Assembly: GCA_038087875.1 (NCBI GenBank)
Contig: CM075988.1
Span: 19,904,001 to 19,968,000, forward strand
Direction: 5' to 3'
Source: Malacoraja senta
Taxonomy: Eukaryota
Length of the DNA: 64,000 nt
The notes beneath the pieces were generated by a model. The model did not search any database. It was not told where the DNA came from and saw only the letters and a program-made list of their open reading frames with translations. Made by a program: the position numbers and the translations under genes. Below, piece after piece: positions 28,141 to 41,720 of the stretch (its first letter is position 1; the number at the start of each line of letters is the position of its first letter).

Positions 28141-28295
28141 GCCATTGACTATAACCAAAATATTGATGCAGAACTCAACATGGGCCTTACCTATTTTGTC
28201 CAGCTCCATGCACAAATCCCCTTCGTCTTGAGTGGACTACCTTTTCCTAAGCTATCCTTTTGCATATTCATGTTTACATATTCACATATTCTGTT

Positions 28296-29140
28296 GTTCA
28301 AGATTCGAGAGACTTTACTGTCATGTGTCCCAGATAGGACAATGAAATTCTTGCTTTGCTTCAGCACAACAGAATATGGTAGGCATGAATACAGAACAGA
28401 TCAGTGTGTCCATATACCATTATATAAATATATACACACATGATTAAATAAACAGATAAAGTGCAAATAAACAGATAATGGGCTATTAATGTTCAGAGTT
28501 TTGTTTGAGTTGAGTTTAATAGCCTGATGGCTGTGGGGAAGTAGCTGTTTCTGAACCTGGACATTGCAATCTTCAGGCTCCTGTACCTGTAGCAGGGAGA
28601 TGAGTGTGTGGCCAGGATGGTGTGGGTCCTTGATGATGCTGCCAGCCTTTTTGAGGCAGCAACTGCGATAGATCCCCTCGATGATAGGGAGGTCAGAGCC
28701 GATGATGGACTGTGCAGTGTTTACTACTTTTTGTAGTCTTTTCCGCTCCTGGGCACTCAAGTTGCCGAACCAAGCCACGATGCAACCGATCAGCATGCTC
28801 TCCACTGTGCACCTGTAGAAGTTAGAGAGAGTCCTCCTTGACATATCAACTCTCCATAATCTTCTCAGGAAGTAGAGGCGCTGATGTGATTTCTTTATAA
28901 TTGCATCAGTGTTCTCAGACCAGGAGAGATTTTCAGAGATGTGCACGCCCAGGAATTTGAAGCTCTTGACCCTTTCCACCATCGACCCGTTGATATAAAC
29001 GGGACTGTGGTTCCCCATCCTACCTCTTCCAAAGTCCACAATCAGTTCCTTGGTTTTGCTGGTGTTGAGGGCCAGGTTATTGTGCTGGCACCATTTGGTC
29101 AGTCGGTCGATCTCACTTCTATACTCTGATCTCTCTTCTA
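28296..29140 (-). mobile_element. Rex1/Babar LINE 3' fragment, young
   Basis: ORF 28401-29186: WCQHNNLALNTSKTKELIVDF, HQRLYFLRRL, DPHHPGH; highly similar to the 34340 copy. Confidence 0.9.
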
Positions 29141-31984
29141 TACTCTGATTCGCAGCAAGTGAGAATTTCATTGCCCCATATGGCAATAAAAAAAAGCTCT
29201 TGACTCTTGCTTCTAATATACATTTTAATGATTTAGGATTCTTCTTAATCTTACTTGTCTAGAACATTTCATGGCTCTTTTTTAGTTGTTTCCTGTTTCC
29301 TTCATATCCTCAGGGTCCTTGTTTGATTTCAGCCTCCTAAACCTTACATACACGTTCTTGCCGCCTCACCGTGCTGCCTCACGTCTCCGTATTATATTAC
29401 ATCAACCATTTCTCAGCCCACCTGCCCAACCGATCAAGATCCTGCTACAATGTTTGACAACCACCTTCACTATCGAGAATACAACTCACTTTAGTGTCAT
29501 CTACAAAGTTGCTAATCATGCCTGTACTTTCTCATCCAAATCATTGATATAGTTGACAAACAGCAATGGGCCCAGCACCGTATCCTGAGGCACATCACTG
29601 GTCACAAATTATGTCCAACAAATCATCTAGTAGATTTCTGCTTAAAATTGCCTGAAGCGCAGAACAGCTTCCTCACGACAATTTAGTGTTCAAGACACTC
29701 TTATGGCAAACAGACAGATAATTATAAACTTCCTCTTGTTACCGTAAGTTTCTCTGAACATTGAATCTGTCCTAACAATTCTTTTTGGAGGCAAGGTATT
29801 GGCAAGCGTGAATTATTTATAAGAAACAGTTGGAAGAAATTTTGCTTTACATGTAAGGTTAATAGAACATTGAGTACTTTACTGCAAGATTACTGAGAGG
29901 CTATAACATTTAAAATGGTGCGCTTAATAAAGAGAACAGAAATAGATTCAAACAATGGACGGAGAAATGGCACTGAGTAGATATTTCCATTTCTATAGCT
30001 CATGTGAATGTCATAAATTCCTTAGCCTCAACATGAACAGGGGTCACATTACATTTTTTGAGGAGTTGCCTGCTGTGGCATTTTAACTTTTATAGTTATT
30101 CATGAAATGAGGACTTTGCTGGCAATGGCCAACAGTTATAGTTCACAGTAATTGCCCTTGAATTAGAATGAAGAAACTAGGCTGTTATTCAGGCAGTGGG
30201 GGCTGAGGGGAGGTTTAATTAGGAACTATAACATTGCGAGAGGTGTTAGACTCGGTGAAAGAGATGGAGCTGTTTCCTTTAGCAGATGGCCAATAAACAA
30301 GTTTGCAGATGACAACACTGTGGTGGTGCGGCTCACAAACTATGATGAGACAGAGTACAGGAGACAAAGTACATTTTTCCAAAGTAAAGTGTAAAGGGCG
30401 CTCGTCTTTAAAGGTTGAATCATTCACAGAGATCCTCCATTAATGTATAAAGTTCTCATTCTCTCTGGTACTTGGCACAGCATGTATTCGATGGGCTACT
30501 AAGTCCATCAATAGAAGGTTGGAGCATAGCCGCGATAACATTTTCACAAGTAAGGCTCAAATTATTCAACGAGCAGTGACAAAAACATGTCATTGTATCA
30601 GATTGATGGACCTTAAAATATGCAAATGCATCATTATTATATTGCTTATCAATATTTTGTACTTGGTGACCTATGTTATATTGATCATTATTTATTGATA
30701 AAGCAAATATTTTGTTATTGCATATTTATATAACTGCTTTCTTTTCAGTTTGACCTCTAATGGCCTGGAAAGTTCAACCCTTGAGGCATGCCTTTGTTTG
30801 ATTGTCTCTGAATAACTTATTTCTATCCTCAAGAATTTAGAACAAACGGCCATTTGTTTTCCCTGGAGAAGAAAATGCTCCTGAGATGTGTTGCAACCAT
30901 TGACCAATATTCCCCCATTTATTTCTAATGCAGTCGTCGGGATAAATTGCAGGCGATTTACATTTCCAGCGTTTGTTTTAGAAAGCCGTTATTTTTTAAT
31001 GTCGTCTCTTCTGCCTCTCTCTCGACTTTTGGTGGGATTGAATCTCAGTGTTGATTTTTCATATTCACTCATGGGTTGTGGATGTTACAGGTAAGACCCA
31101 CATAACTGCCCGTGAGCTGAGTGGCTTTCTGCACCATTTCAGAAGGCATTTCAAGTCAATAACAGTGCTGAGTTTGGAGTCAATAAAGATCAGACAAGTG
31201 AGCATGACAAATTACCTTCCCTGAAGGACATTAGTGGACCAAGATTTTTACACCAGTTCAATAGTTTATTGTCATCATTATTGAAACTAGCTTTTTTTTA
31301 AATTCCAATATGTCAATTGCATATTGATGAGATTTGAGATCATGTCTCTGTTCTGATGATGTAGTCCTCTGGATGCCAGTCCAGTAATTCACCAGTTAGC
31401 TACCATGTCAAGTAATTGACTGATTATGAAAGAAAGGCTTCACTCTTGTCCTCTACGAGTTCCCTTATTGTTTTACAGCCAATGTAGAACTTTTTGCCTT
31501 CTTAAAAACACAGTGCTGGAGGAACTCGTGGGTCAGCAGCATCTATGGAAGGAAGGAATGACAAGACAACATTTCGGGTCGGGACTTTTCTTCAGAGTCA
31601 GAGTCTCATGCTGCCTGACCCACTGGAGTTCCTCTGGCACTTTGGTGTTTTGCTCAAGATGCCAGCATCTGCGGTTTCTAATATCTCCACCTTTGCCTTG
31701 TTGTCATGAACTGGAAAACGCAGGTCATTTGTGTACAACAAAGGACACGTAAATCTGTTTTCTGCTCAATTTGAAATAAGGGATACATACAGTATTGGCG
31801 ATGATATCAAGGAAACAACTTGCTTTCCTTTAAAAGTGCAACTGGATCATGTCCATCTAAAGTGTAAAAGTGTAGTCAGGTCTCAGGTCAGCAATTCATC
31901 CAAGAAGCACTGCAGTATAACATTAGATATTTTGACTTAAATTCTCCAAAAGGTGAGATCACATGGCATCCACTATGAGCTAAA

Positions 31985-33530
31985 TAACTGGGTACAACAT
32001 TGGCTTGGTAGAAAGAGTCAGAGGGAAGTTGATGAAGAGTTATTTTTCAGATAGGAGGTCTGTAGCCACAGGTGTTCCGCAGCGATACTTGCCAATTCCC
32101 CTGCTGTTTGTCATATGAATGAAGGTCGACAAAATAGCTGGAGAAACTCAGCGGGTGCGGCAGCATCTATGGAGCGGAGGAAATAGGCAACGTTTCGGCC
32201 CGAAACGTTGCCTATTTCCTTTGCTCCCATAGATGCTGCCGCACCCGTTGAGTTTCTCCAACAATTTTGTCTACCTTCGATTTTCAGCATCTCATCTGCA
32301 GTCCCTTCTTGAACAAACATATGAATGATTTGGATGAGAGTGTAGGTGGCATGATCAGTAAGTCAGATGACACTAAAATTGGTGGTACAGTAGACAGTGA
32401 AGAAAGTAGTCCAAGATTACAACAGGAATCAACTGGGGAAGTGGGAAAATAAATGGCAGATGGGATTTAACTCAGACAGGGTGCAAAATGATGCATATTG
32501 GAAAGTTAAAACAGGGGGCAGGACTTACACAGTAAATGATAGGTATCTAGAGAGCAATTGGAGAACCCAGACACCTAGAGGTACTAGTACATTGTTCCCT
32601 GAAAGTGGTGACACATGGTAGACAAAGTGGTGAAGAATGTTTATGGCATGCTTGCCCTTCATCCTTTGAAACACTGTGTACTAGAGATGGGACATCACGT
32701 TACAGTTGTATGTTAGTGAGACTGTAACTGGAATATTGAGTGCAGTTTTTGATTATCATACTGTAGCAAAGATGTGAGAGGGTTCAGAATAATATTGCCA
32801 GGACTTGCATGCTTGGGTTATGAGGAGAGATTGAATTAGGCTGTGAACTTTGTTTCCTGGAGTGAAGGAGGCTGGGGGGTGACTTTTATAGAGTTTTATA
32901 CAATCATGAGGAAAATACAGTCTCAGTCTATTTCCCAGGGCAGAGGACTCTAAACTAGAGACCACAGTTGTATGGCAGTGGCAGATGCGTGGCAGGTGCA
33001 ATATAATATAGATAAATGTGAGGTTATCCACTTCGGCGGCAAAAACAAGGGGGCATATTATTATCTCAATGTGGTTAGGTTAGGTAAGGGGGAGGTGCAG
33101 CGAGACCTGGGCGTCCTTGTACACCGGTCACCGGTCACTAGTGGAGTCAAGGGATATGGGGAGAAGCTAGGCACGGGTTATTGATAGGGGACGATCAGCC
33201 ATGATCACAATGAATGGCGGTGCTGGCTCGAAGGGCCGAATGACCTCCTCCTGCACCTATTTTCTATGTTTCTATGTATGTCAGAGGGGAAATATTTAAA
33301 AGGGACCTGAGAGGTAACTTTTTCACACAGAGGGCAGTGTGTATACAGAACAAGCTGTGAGAGGAAGTGGTGCAGGCTGGTACAATTACTTATTTTTAAA
33401 GACATTTGGACAGTTTCATGGATAGGAAAGATTTAGAGGGGTACGGCCAAAATGCAAGATGAATGGGACGAGCTCAAGAAGGCACTTGGTCATCATGGAC
33501 TAATTAGCTAGAGGGCTTGATTCATTACAG
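31985..33530 (+). mobile_element. Composite of old CR1 RT and 3' fragments, with inserts
   Basis: GVPQR, MNDLDE...DDTKIGGTVD, WQMGFN, then a second DKCEVIHFG fragment and CR1 tails. Confidence 0.75.
32123..32317. mobile_element. Fold-back Penelope-end insertion with central deletion
   Basis: Same subfamily as 26726; 11-bp TSD catatgaatga (32112-32122 / 32318-32328). Confidence 0.85.
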
Positions 33531-33534
33531 CTCT

Positions 33535-33609
33535 CTCACAATCAAATAAGATCAAATAGAACAAGTTATCCTACAACTTTAGGCTGTGCACGCCATACGC
33601 AAGAAGAAG
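33535..33609 (+). mobile_element. 75-bp 3' tip of an unassigned non-LTR element with (AAG)n tail
   Basis: 11-bp TSD attacagctct (33524-33534 / 33610-33620); ends 'ccatacgcaagaagaag'. Confidence 0.7.
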
Positions 33610-34276
33610 ATTACAGCTCTATGACTATATAATTCTGGTTCCTGCAAGGCAGCTTGAATCTATTGGAGTGAATTTCTCACCAAATATAAACACTATGATT
33701 TTTTTTAAAGATTGACTTACTAGCAAATATTTCTGGTGCATTCATTGTTTTCAGAAGTACTCAAATGTAGAAGTTAAAATTTATGGAAGGAAATAGGAAA
33801 ATACATGTAGGAGATGTTGTTCCAGTCGGTTACCATGGCAACCCTCCAGATTGATGTTTGTCATCAACCTGGAATATTACCTCCGTTTCTCTTCTCATAG
33901 AAGCTATGTGACCTGCTGACTATTTCCAATACTTTTGTTTTTGTTTATTCAGATTTCAAACAATTTCAATATATGACATAAACTCCCCCCCCCCCCCCCC
34001 AAATATTCTGGTTACTGGTGCAGCTAATATTTTGAGCATGGATGGATAGCCTTTTCACACCTTGTATTATCCACTCTAATGATGGGCTGTTGGACATAGA
34101 ACACAGAACAGCACAGAAACACGTCCTTCAGCCCACAATGTCTATCCCAAACATGATGCCAAGATAAACTAATCTCCTCTGCCTGTACACGATGCATATC
34201 ATATAACCATATAACCATATAACCATTACAGCACGGAAACAAGCCATCTCGGCCCTTCAAGTCCGTGCCGAACATT

Positions 34277-34310
<34 letters not shown>

Positions 34311-34339
34311 AAATAAATACTTCCCCCTACCTGCACTCA

Positions 34340-35129
34340 AGTCAAGTCAAGTCAAGTGAGTTTATTGTCATGTGTCCCTGGTAGGACAATGAAATTCTTG
34401 CTTTGCTTGAGCACAACAGAACATAGTAGGCATTTACTACAAGGCATCCTATAAATATATACACAATGGTCAATATACTGATAAAGTGCAAATAACAGTA
34501 TTGGCTAGTAAAGTTCAGTGTTATGTCCGAGCCAGGTTTAATAGCCTGATGGCTGTGGGGAAGTAGCTGTTCCTGAACCTGGTCGTTGCAGTCTTCAGGC
34601 TCCTGTACCTTCTACCTGAAGGTAGTAGGGAGATGAGTGTGTGGCCAGGATGGTGTGGGTCCTTGATGATGCTGCCAGCCTTTTTGAGGCAGCGACTGTG
34701 GTAGATCCCCTCGATGGAAGGGAGGTCAGAGCCGATGATGGACTGGGCAGTGTTTACTACTTTTTGTAGTCTTTTCCTCTCCAGGGCACTCAAGTTGCCG
34801 AACCAATCCACGATGCAACCGGTCAGCATGCTCTCTACTGTGCACCTGTAGAAGTTAGAGAGAGTCCTCCTTGACAAACCGACTCTCCGTAATCTTCTCA
34901 GGATGTAGAGGCGCTGATGTGCTTTCTTAATAATGGCATCATTGTTCTCGGACCAGGAAAGATCTTCAGAGATGTGCACGCCCAGGAATTTGAAGCTCTT
35001 GACCCTTTCAACCATCGACCCGTTGATATAAACGGGACTGTGGGTCCCCATCCTACTCCTTCCAAAGTCCACAATCAGTTCCTTGGTTTTGCTGGTGTTG
35101 AGGGCCAGGTTGTTGTGCTGGCACCATAA
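34340..35129 (-). mobile_element. Rex1/Babar LINE 3' fragment inserted at the CR1 3' end
   Basis: ORF 34521-35132 ending SGRRYRSLKTATTRFRNSYFPTAIRLLN; (AGTCA)n tail; 6-bp TSD cactca (34334-34339 / 35130-35135). Confidence 0.92.
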
Positions 35130-35135
35130 CACTCA

Positions 35136-38051
35136 GACCATAACCCTCCATTCCTTTCCCGTCCATATACCCATCCAATCTATTTTTAAAGGATAAAATC
35201 GAATCAGCCTCCACCACTTCCACTGGAAGCTCATTCCACACAGCTACCACTCTCTGAGTAAAGAAGTTCCCCCTAATGTTACCCCTAAACTTCTGTCCCT
35301 TAATTCTCAAGTCCCCTTGTTTTAATCTTCCGTACTCTCAATGGAAAAAGCTTATCCACTTAAACTCTGTCTAACCCGCTCATAATTTTAAAGACCTCTA
35401 TCAAGTCCCTCTTAACCTTCTGCGCTCCAAAGAATAAAGACCTAACTTGTTCAACCTTTCTCTATAACTTAGTTGCTGAAACCCAGGCAACATTCTAGTA
35501 AATCTCCTCTGTACTCTCTCTATTTTGTTGACATCCTTCCTATAATTAGGCGACCAAAATTGTACTCCATACTCCAGAATTGGCCTCACCAATGTCTTGT
35601 ACAATTTTAACATTACATCCCAACTTCTATATTCAATGCTCTGATTTATAAAGGCCAGCACACCAAAAGCTTTGTTTACCACCCTATCTACATGAGATTC
35701 CACCTTCAGGGAACTATGCACAGTTATTCCTAGATCCCTCTGTTCAACTGCATTCCTCAATTCTCTACCATTTACCATGTACGTCCTATTTTGATTTGTC
35801 CTGCCGAGATGTAGTACCTCACATTTATCAGCATTAAACTCCATCTGCCATCTTTCAGCCCACTCTTCCAAATGGCCTAAATCTCTCTGTAGACTTTGAA
35901 AATCTACTTCATTATCCACCACACCACCTATCTTAGTATCATCTGCATACTTACTAATCCAATTTTCCACACCATCATCCAGATCATTGATGTACATGAC
36001 AAACAACAGTGGACCCAACACAGACCTCTGAGGCACCCCATTAGTCACCGGCCTCCAACCTGACAAACAGCCATCCACCATTACTCTCTGGCATCTCCCA
36101 TTCAGCCACTGTTGAATCCATCTTGCTACTCCACCATTAATACCCAACAATTTAATCTTCTTAACCAACCTTCCATGAGGAACCTTGTCAAAGGCCTTAC
36201 TGAAGTCCATATAGACAACATCCACTGCTTTACCCTCATCAATTTCCCTAGTAACCTCTTCGAAAAATTCTAGAAGATTAGTCAAACATGACCTTCCAGG
36301 CACAAATCCATGTTGACTGTTCCTAATCAGACCCTGCTTATCCAGATGCTTATATATATTATCTCTAAGTATCCTTTCCATTAATTTGCCCACAACTGAT
36401 GTCAAACTAACAGGTCTATAATTGCTAGGTTTACTCTTAGAACCCTTTTTAAACAACGGAACAACATGCGCAGTACGCCAATCCTCCGGCACTATTCCCG
36501 TTTCTAATGACATTTGAAATATTTCTGTCATAGCCCCTGCTATTTCTACACTAACTTCCCTCAATGTCCTCGGGAATATCCTGTCAGGACCTGGAGACTT
36601 ATCCGTTTTCATATTTTTCAAAAGTGTCCGCACCTCCTCTTCTTTGAATCTCATAGTTTCCATTGCTACTCTGCTTGTTTCCCTTACCTCACATAATTCC
36701 ATATCCTTCTCCTTGGTGAATACCGAAGAAAATAAATTGTTCAATATCTCCCCCATCTCTTTTGGCTCTGCAGATAGCTGTCCACTCTGACTCTCTAATG
36801 GACCAATTTTATTCCTTGTTATCCTTTTGCTATTAATATAGCTGTAGAAACCCTTTGGATTTACTTTCACTTTACTTGCCAAAGCAACCTCATATCTTCT
36901 TTTAGCTTTTCTAATTTCTTTCTTAATATTCTTTTTATATTCTTTATACTCCTCAAGCACCTCATTTACTCCATGCTGCCTATAATTATTGTAGATCTCT
37001 CTCTTTTTCCAAACCAAGTGTCCAATTTCCCTTGAAAACCATGGCTCTTTCCAATTTTTACTATTTCCTCTCAACCGAACAGGGACATAAAGATTCTGTA
37101 CTCTTAAATTTCACCTTTAAATTTCCTCCATTTCTCTTCTACATCCTTCCCATAAAACAACATGTCCCAATTCACTCCTTTTAAATCCTTTCGCATCTCC
37201 TCAAAGTTAGCCTTTCTCCAATCAAAAATCTCAACCCTAGGTCCAGTTCTGACCCTCTCCATAATTATATTGAAACTAATGGTATTGTGATCACTGGACC
37301 CGAAGTGCTCCACGACGCTTACCTCCGCCACCTGCCCTGTCTCATTTCCTAACAGGAGGTCCAGCACTGCCCCTTCTCTAGTAGGTACCTCTATGTATTG
37401 CTGCAAAAACCTATCCTGCACACATTTTACAAACTCCAACCCATCCAGCCCTTTTACAGAATGTGTTTCCCAGTCTATGTGTGGAAAATTGAAATCTCCC
37501 ACAATCACTACCTTGTGCTTACTACTAATATCTGCTATCTCCTTACATATTTGCTCTTCCAATTCTCGCTCCCCATTTGGCGGTCTATATTACACCCCTA
37601 TATGTGTTGCTACACCTTTCCCATTTCTCAGCTCCACCCAAATAGCCTCCCTAGACGAGCCCTCTAATCTATCCTGCCAAAGCACTGCTGTAATATCTTC
37701 CTTGACAAGCAATGCAACACCCCCACCTCTTGCCCCTCCAATTCTATCACCCCTGAAGCAATGAAATCCTGGAATATTTAGTTTCCAATCACAGCCCTCC
37801 TGCAACCATGTTTCACTGATCGCCACAACATCATACTTCCAGGTGTCAATCCAGACTCTAAACTCATCCACCTTTCTTACAATGCTCCTAGCATTAAAAT
37901 ATACACATTTAAGAAACCCACCACCACTTATTCTCTGTTTATTAACTTTTTCTTCTTTCTCCCCTAGAATTTGGGTCCGAGTGCTTCCCTTCTCTGCCTC
38001 CTGCCTCCCACATTTTCTACTATCTTTCTCTATTTGAGTCCCTCCCCCCAA
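35136..38051 (-). pseudogene. CR1 ORF2 (APE endonuclease + reverse transcriptase), disrupted
   Basis: YFNARS, ISETW, GDFNFP, SDHN, NYRPVSLTS, DFSKAFDKV, GVPQRSVLGP, YADD; in-frame stop at ~37590, frameshifts at ~37105 and ~35405. Confidence 0.95.
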
Positions 38052-38056
38052 CCGTT

Positions 38057-39165
38057 CTAGTTTAAAGTCTCCCCGGTAGCCTTTGCAAATCTCCCCGCCA
38101 GGATATTGGTTCCCCTCGGGTTCAAGTGCAACCCGTCCTTTCTGTACAGGTCACACCTTCCCCAAAAGAGGTCCCAATGATCCAGAAATTTGAATCCCTG
38201 CCCGCTGCACCAGTTCCTCAGCCACGCATTTATCCTCCATCTCATTTCATTCCTACTCTCATTGTCACGTGGCACAGGTAGTAATCCTGAGATTGTTACC
38301 TTTGCGGACCTTCTCCTTAACTCTCCTCCCAACTCCCTAAATTCTCCTTTCAGGACCTCTTCTCTTTTTCTGCCTATGTCATTGGTACCTATATGTACCA
38401 CAACCTCAGGCTCCTCTCCCTCCGATTTCAGGATATCTTGGACGCGTTCAGACACATCCCTGACCCTGGCACCAGGGAGGCAAACTACCATCCGGGTCTC
38501 CTGACTGCGTCCACAGAATCGCCTATCCGACCCCCTAACCATAGAGTCCCCTATTACTATTGCCCTCCTCTTCTTTTCCCTACACTTCTGAGCAATAGGG
38601 CCGGTCTCTGTGCCGGAGGCCCGGCCGCTGTCGCTACCCCCAGGAAGGCTGTCCCCCCCAACAGTACTCAAACAGGAGTACTTATTTTCAAGGTGTACAG
38701 CCTCCGGGGTACTCACTAGTCCCTGCCTCTGCCCCTTGCCCTTCCTAACCGTGACCCACTTGTCTGCCTCCCGTGGTCTTGGAGTGGCCACCTCCCTATA
38801 ACTCCTTTCTAATTCTGTTTCTTATTTTCTTTTGGTGCTCTTGAAATTGAATAATGTCCTTGATTTGTGTACTTTGGTGTTTTTATATTTAATTTATTCC
38901 GATTTTGTGTTTTGTATTTTTTTTGTGATTCTATGCATTGTAAGGTGTCCTTGGGTTTTAGAAAGGCGCCAGTAAATAAAATAATTATTTTATTATTATT
39001 ATTATTATGACCTCCTCACTCTCCCTGATCAGACAGAGGTCATCGAGCTGCTGCTCCAGGTTCCTAACACGGTCCCTTAGGAACCCCATCTCTACGCACC
39101 TGACACAGATGTGGACGTCTGGAGGGGTATCAGACTCCATGACCTCCCACATCTGACATCCAGAA
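38057..39165 (-). pseudogene. CR1 ORF1 (zinc finger/coiled coil + SGNH esterase), interrupted
   Basis: IVIGDSMVRG, VVVHIGTNDI, DGLHLN; upstream of the insert: CQMWEV...HICVRCVEMGFLRDRVRNLEQQLDDL. Confidence 0.9.
38810..39008 (+). mobile_element. L2-type 3' end inserted antisense into CR1 ORF1
   Basis: T-rich UTR, 'tgtaaggtgtccttgggttttagaaaggcgcc', (TAT)n tail; ORF1 rejoins across it (SEEV|IERSYREVATP). Confidence 0.75.
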
Positions 39166-41429
39166 TGACATCCATCCAGAATATCCCTCCATTCTGTATC
39201 TATTCATGTGCCTATCTAAAAGCTTCTTGAATGCCACAATTGTATCTGCCTCTACCAAACATTCCTTTTGTACATGTTCTCAAGCAGATAACACTGGCAA
39301 TTATTGCACTGCTTTCCAGAGCATCAGGCATGCCTTCTCAGCCAGGGTTTACAACAACACAGGGGTTCACTGGGATACAAATGATCAGATTAAAGGAAAT
39401 CTGACCTGATGCAAATTCTTCCATACATTTTTAAGCATTTTTTAAGCTGTAAATAATAAAATGTTTCATGACAGTCATTAATGATGATACAGTAAATATT
39501 ACATGTGTTTAACTACAGCGATTGATGGGTGTTTATTGAATTAAATGAAAGAATTACAGCAAGTGTATGAATATCGAAACGGTATGGGTTAAAACAGAAA
39601 ATAGATATTTCTGACTCACAGAGAAATCAGCTTACAGACAATTCCCAGGAATGGAACCTTTACGTAACCCAAGATCTGTCCGTACCTCCACTTCCCACAC
39701 CTCTTCACTTGCCCACACTCACTGCCTCTGTCCCATGGACCCTTTGCATTTTCTACCTCTCTTAGTCTGTTCCAACAGAGCCTAACTAGCAGTGGTCCTG
39801 CATTATGCTCTATGTGGTTCCATTGCTTCAATTCACAGTCACGGCGAGATACTCTGTATTCTCAAAAAACAACACAAAGTGCCGGTCAAATGGATAGGTG
39901 ACATTTCAGATTGGGATCCTTCTTCGGACTCAGAGTCTGATCAATGGAGCCAGAAAATGGACCAAATATTTTTTTAATCAACGCAATTGTTAATATTTTA
40001 CTTATGTTAATCAAGGTACAATTAAGGCATGTATAGAGGCTAGCATTTGATCACAGGTCAACCATGCCTTGAGAGATGTTTTGCAGTGTACCTCAGTTTC
40101 TATTGTTCCATTTTGTTATAATTTACTCACTTTTAGAATTTCACTCCATTGTTCAGAGGTGTAATAGTACTGTATATTTTTCAAATACGTGTGATCTAGG
40201 ATTGTAACTAAAACTTTTTAAACCATATTTGCAACACCTAAGACACATTCAAAACAAAACAGACTATATAGCTCCAATACAATGCAGTAGTAATATATTT
40301 TTACATTGAAAATTCATTACACAATACAAATAAAAATTGATAACATAAATAGCCACCAGTGAATGCTAGATATACAATTTTAACTGCCAAACAGTACCCA
40401 AATCTATGCAATGGATAAAAATCTTGCAAACTGTTGGCTGCAGATGTTTGCACAATGTGGCCATTGTATAAAACCACCATGATTACCTACACAAAAGTTT
40501 CAGCCCTTACAGCTATACATTCCTGTCATTAAAAAAAAATATCTACCTGATGGTCGTTCTTTGTATGCAACTATACTCCAGATTCAAATAAGCTCCTTGA
40601 TCAAATATTTATTGCAAGATGGGGAGTTTATTTTTGTAGCTATCATTTCTTATTTGCAAGTGGTCATGATGTACCTGCACAAAGATGCTTACAAGGCCTG
40701 CTGAGCTGAGAGATGATGAGTATCGGTGGCACCAAACAAATCCACATCATCATCCATCTGGGGTACAAACTAGAGGCTGTAATTTGCTGTCATCACCATA
40801 TCATAAATTATTCAGATGAGAAACTACTACGTTGTCTAAGCCACTTCCAAAGACAACTTAAAACATATCTCAGATACATGGGAGTCTATAGCTTAAAGAA
40901 TACATTCCAATTCTTCCAGTGCAACTTGTATCAGGGCCAGGCCTGTCTACAATCTGTTCTCAGTTAAATATTATTCTCTACATAGAACAGAGAGAGAATG
41001 CTGGGGAGCCACAGCAAGTCAAACAGTCTCTGAAAGAGAAACTGAGAACGTTTTAGGTCGATGACTGACACCAGTTCTGATGAAAGGTAGACCTGTAATC
41101 TTCATTCTATATTTCCCCCCACAGATGCTGCCTGACCTGCTGAGCATTTCCAACATTCTCTGTTTGATTTTGCAGCATTGCAGGATTTGACTTTTATCCT
41201 CTAATAGTTATTCGATTGTGCACAGACATGTTCACATACTTTCTCCAATGAGTCCACACTGACCATGAAACTCTCTGTATAACCTGACATGGCTCAATCC
41301 TGACCCGTGCCTTGTAGATGGTGGAAAGGTGATGGGAGGTGCTAATGATGGGCTACTTGTGAAGTAAAACATGGCCACCAGAAGTACCGAAAGGAATGGC
41401 GGGTTTTGATGATGGAATGAGGTAACAGG

Positions 41430-41720
41430 GGTGTGGAGCATAAGCCACCTCCCTTTTCCCTTCCAACCCGTCTTCCACCCTCTTCCACCTATAACTCCTA
41501 GTCGTATCCTTGTCATCTCTCGCCTTTGTCCATCCATCTGCAAATCAACCCCCCCCCCTCCCCCCTGCTCACGTGTACCCAAATATCACCTGCCAGGCTT
41601 TGTACCGCACCCACCTCTCTTTTTCACCTTTCTCCTTCCTACAACAATCAGTCTGAAGAAAGGTTCCGACCAGAAATGTCACCTCCAGAGATGCTGAGTT
41701 ACTCCAGCACTTTGTGCTTT
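41430..41720 (+). mobile_element. Penelope 3' UTR/terminal fragment
   Basis: Pyrimidine-rich UTR resembling the reverse complement of 15030-15160, ending 'gtctgaagaaaggttccgaccagaaatgtcacc...gctgagttactccagcac'. Confidence 0.65.

Larger units (their letters stand above)
34201..39170 (-). mobile_element. Near full-length CR1 LINE (ORF1 esterase + ORF2 APE-RT), inactivated, 5' end truncated
   Basis: (ATATAACC)n tail at 34201 on the plus strand; ORF2 and ORF1 motifs listed in the entries below. Confidence 0.95.

Noticed and set aside
35401..37074. 557-aa RT ORF as a functional or domesticated gene
   Set aside because: It is a fragment of CR1 ORF2 bounded by frameshifts within an ordinary LINE copy.
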